Positions 16,909-20,000 of a DNA stretch of 20,000 nt are shown piece after piece; positions within the stretch are counted from its first letter, which is position 1; the number at the start of each line of letters is the position of its first letter. The stretch spans positions 14,155,198 to 14,175,197 of the forward strand of contig NC_057750.1 of the NCBI RefSeq assembly GCF_004010195.1, written 5' to 3'. Below the pieces are notes generated by a model. It had not been told where the DNA came from. It did not search any database and saw only the letters and a program-made list of their open reading frames with translations. This DNA is from Chiloscyllium plagiosum (Eukaryota). Position numbers and translations under genes: made by a program.

Positions 16909-19900
16909 TTTTTTTTATTTCAAAAGTATACTTTATTCATAAAATTATTTGGATCTCTATGCAATTGGTCATGCCATTACATCCAGACATTTAAATTTAT
17001 TTTTCCTATATACAAGTCTGTACATTTACTATCCAGCTCTTCTGCTGAGGTGTCACCGGAGCCCAGATGACTGGGTGGGCCCCCTGTTCTTCTTGGGCAG
17101 GCAGATTTTACAAGGTCTTTCCCCACTGTGCCCTGGCAGCAGCTGCTCCAGCTTCAGTGCCTCCCTCAACACGTCATCCTGGACCTTGGAATGTGCCAGT
17201 CTGCAACACTCAGTCGGGGTCAACTCCTTCACTCCTTCAGCTGGTAGATCAACAGGTTTCCGGCCGCCCAGAGAGCGTCCTTTACTGAGTTGATGATCCT
17301 CCAGGCACAGTTGATGTTCCTCTCCGGTGTGCGTCCCGGGGATCACACCATAGAGCACGGAGTCTTGCATCATGGCGCTGCTCGGGACGAACCTCGACAA
17401 ACACCACTGAATTCCTCTCCAGACTTATTCTGCGTAGGCACGTTCCAGAAGGAGGTGTGTGACAGTCGCGTTCTCCCCCCCCCCCCCCCCCCCCCCCCGC
17501 AGCCCCTTCGAGGGCAGCGTGCGGTGCGGCAGAGAGTCCGGGCGTGCATAAAGGATCTCACAGGCAGAGCCCTTCTCACCACCAGCAAGCCATGTCTTGA
17601 TGCTTCTTGGAGAGTTCTGGCGATGAGGCATTCTGCCAAATGACTTTGACAGTCTGCTTAGGGAACCGCTCGATAGGATCCGCCCTCTCCTTTTCCCGCA
17701 GGGTCTCAAGGACTCTACATGCTGACCACTTCCTGATAGACTTGTGGTCAAAGGTGTTTTTCTTCATAAACCTCTCCACGAAGGACAGGTGATATGGAAC
17801 AGTCCAACTACTTGGAGCGTTCCACAGTAGCGAGGCCAGGCCCATCCTTTGCAACACCGGGGACAGGTATTTGCGTACTGGAGATCCATGCACTGCTTGA
17901 TGCAGCCACACACAAAGGTGGCCATCAGGGTGAGGGTGGCATTGGGTATGTTTTTTTTCCCCCATTGCCCAGACCTTTATACATCGAGTCCCTTTGATCT
18001 CCATATAAACTGGAAAATGGCCCGGGTGACTGCAGCGGCACAGGTTCTGGGAATAGGCCAGACCTGTGCCACGCATCACAGCAATGACAGTGCCTCACAC
18101 CTGATGACCAGGTTTTTTCCCGTGATGGAGAGTGACTGTAGCTTCTATCTGCCCAGTTTCTGCCTCACTTTGCTGATACGCTCCTCCCAAGACTTGGGCG
18201 CAAGCCTCAGGCCCCCATACCAAATACCCAGCACCTTCAGGTGGTCAGTCCTGACGGTGAAGGGGATGGAGGATTGGTCGGCCCAGTTTTCGAAGAGCAT
18301 GGCCTCACTCTTGCCTCAGTTTACCTTGGCCCCTAAGGCCTGTTCGAACTGGTCACATAAGCACATGAGTCTGTGTGCACGGACAGTGGATCCGAGCAGA
18401 AAACTGCAACGTCATCCATATACAGGGAGGCCTTAACTTGTAGGCCCTCGCTGCCAGGAATAGTCACCCTTCTCAGGCTTGCATCCTTCCTGATGTACTC
18501 GGCAAATGGCTCTATGCAGCACACAAACTATGCAGGAGAGAGAGGGCAGCCCTGCCTGACTCCAGATCTGACTGGGAAGCTATCTGATTCCCACCCATTG
18601 ATTGAGACTGCACTGACAATGTTGGTGTAGAGCAGTCTGATGCAATTGCAGGTTCCCTCCCCAAAGCCCATTTTGGAGAGAACATCTCTCATATATGTGT
18701 GTGATATCCTGTCAAAGGCTTTCTCCTGGTCCAAGCTGATGAGGCAGGTGTCCAATTCTCTGTCCTGCATGTAGGCGATCGTACCCCTGACGAGTGTGAG
18801 ACTCTGAGCGATCTTCCTGCCTGGTACAGCACAGGTTTGGTCAGGGTGAATCACCGACCCCAGAGCAGACCTGACCTGGTTGGCGATAACCTTTGACAAA
18901 ATTTTGTAATCCGCATTCAATAGTGAGATTGGTCTCCAATTTCTGATTTCCACCCTCTTTCCCCCTTCAGCTTGTAGATGAGGGTGATGATGCCTTTCCT
19001 CATGGATTCACTCATGGTACCTGCCAGAAGCATACTGACATACACCTCCAGCAGGTCCTGGCCAATCAAGTCTCACAGAGCAGAATAGAGCTCGACCGGT
19101 AAGCCGTCGCTTCCAGGAGTTTTATTCTTTTCGAAGGACTCTAGGGCCTTGGTCAGCTCATCCAGAAATAGCAGCTGGTCCAGCCTCTCCTGAGTTCTGT
19201 CGTCTAAGACGTCCGCGATAGAGGACATGAACGACTGGGAGGCCGCGCTGTCTGTTGGCTTTGCGTCTTACAGACTGGCATGGAAGGATTTGTTGATCCT
19301 CCATGACGTTCACCTGAGATGACGTTATCGAGCCAACTTCTTCCTTCAAGCTGCTGAGCACTGAGCTCTCTTTGTGCACCTTCTGGAAGAAATGTGAGCA
19401 TGTCTCGTCCTGCTCTGCAGAGCAGACCCTGGACCGGAAGATTATATTGGAGACCTCAGAGGCAAAGAGCGAGGCTTGCTGGCCCTTCACCTCCTTGATG
19501 TCCTCCGTGACATCAACCCCCATCGTCTGCAGCAGGAACAGGTTCTGCATATTTTCCTGGAGCTGGCTCAGTTTTCCCCGCCTCTCTCTCGCCTCTTGAA
19601 CACCTTTTGAGGATGAAGAACCTCTTGATCCCTTTTACTGTTTCCCACCAGTCCACTGGGGACTCAAAGAGGGGCTTCACGGTTCTCCAACCTGCGTAGT
19701 CCCTCTTGAGCTCCTCAATGTTTCCTGAGGTCAACAGCTTTGTGTTCAGCTTCCACATTCCCTTACCAACCTGCTGCTCGTCCTGTAGGTGATAGTTGGC
19801 CAGCAGGAGGCAGTGGTCAGAAAAGAACACCGGCTTGACGTCGATGGATCTGACCGAGAGCATTTGGGACACAAACAGGTAATCTATCCTTGAGCGGATA

Positions 19901-20000
19901 GACCCATCTGCCCGTGACCAGGTGTATCTACGCTGCACTCCGTCTGCAGGGGTGCTGAAGACGTCGTACAGCTTGGCATCTTTTACCGTGTCCATCAGGG
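16909..20000 (-). mobile_element. Tx1/L1-clade LINE: ORF2 (APE C-terminus, RT, zinc knuckle), 3' UTR and polyA; pseudogenised, continues beyond the window
   Basis: YTWSRADGSIRSRIDY, FFSDHCLL, WKLN, NWRPISLLNADYKILSK, SLDQEKAFDRISH, GVRQGCPLSP, LYMDDV, CPRRGC...TVTHLLL. AATAAA (plus-strand tttatt, 16932-16937) and A tail (T run 16909-16916). Confidence 0.95.
17475..17498 (+). repeat. C24 homopolymer (G24 on the LINE sense strand)
   Basis: Direct count; lies inside the zinc-knuckle coding region. Confidence 0.95.

Noticed and set aside
16949..19599. Plus-strand ORFs up to 195 aa
   Set aside because: Antisense shadows of the GC-rich Tx1 ORF2.

Overview
Eukaryotic, AT-rich, repeat-dominated DNA, most likely intronic or intergenic sequence from a cartilaginous fish. 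The shark assignment is inferred from HE1/V-SINE-like SINEs, HER1-like CR1 LINEs and Deu-domain-like SINE relics. No intact host gene is recognisable, and every ORF I could identify is a decayed retroelement fragment. Contents: several CR1/L2-clade LINE pieces; a three-layer nest (a CR1 containing a Neptune-like Penelope element, which contains a Poseidon-like Penelope element) running into a 338-N gap; three HE1-like SINEs; and a >3 kb Tx1/L1-clade LINE on the minus strand running off the right edge. Two signals stand out. (1) Three unrelated small non-coding elements share one architecture: long inverted arms carrying minimal hammerhead-ribozyme-like cores, a one-sided tail and a target-site duplication. 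A separate intact hammerhead core lies at 6132-6165. (2) Five to six 15-40 bp micro-inversions occur in five different repeat types; several are supported by restored protein motifs or by other copies in the window. Two candidate + strand splice acceptors lie in the first 530 bp. Repeat family names come from recalled motifs, not from a database search.
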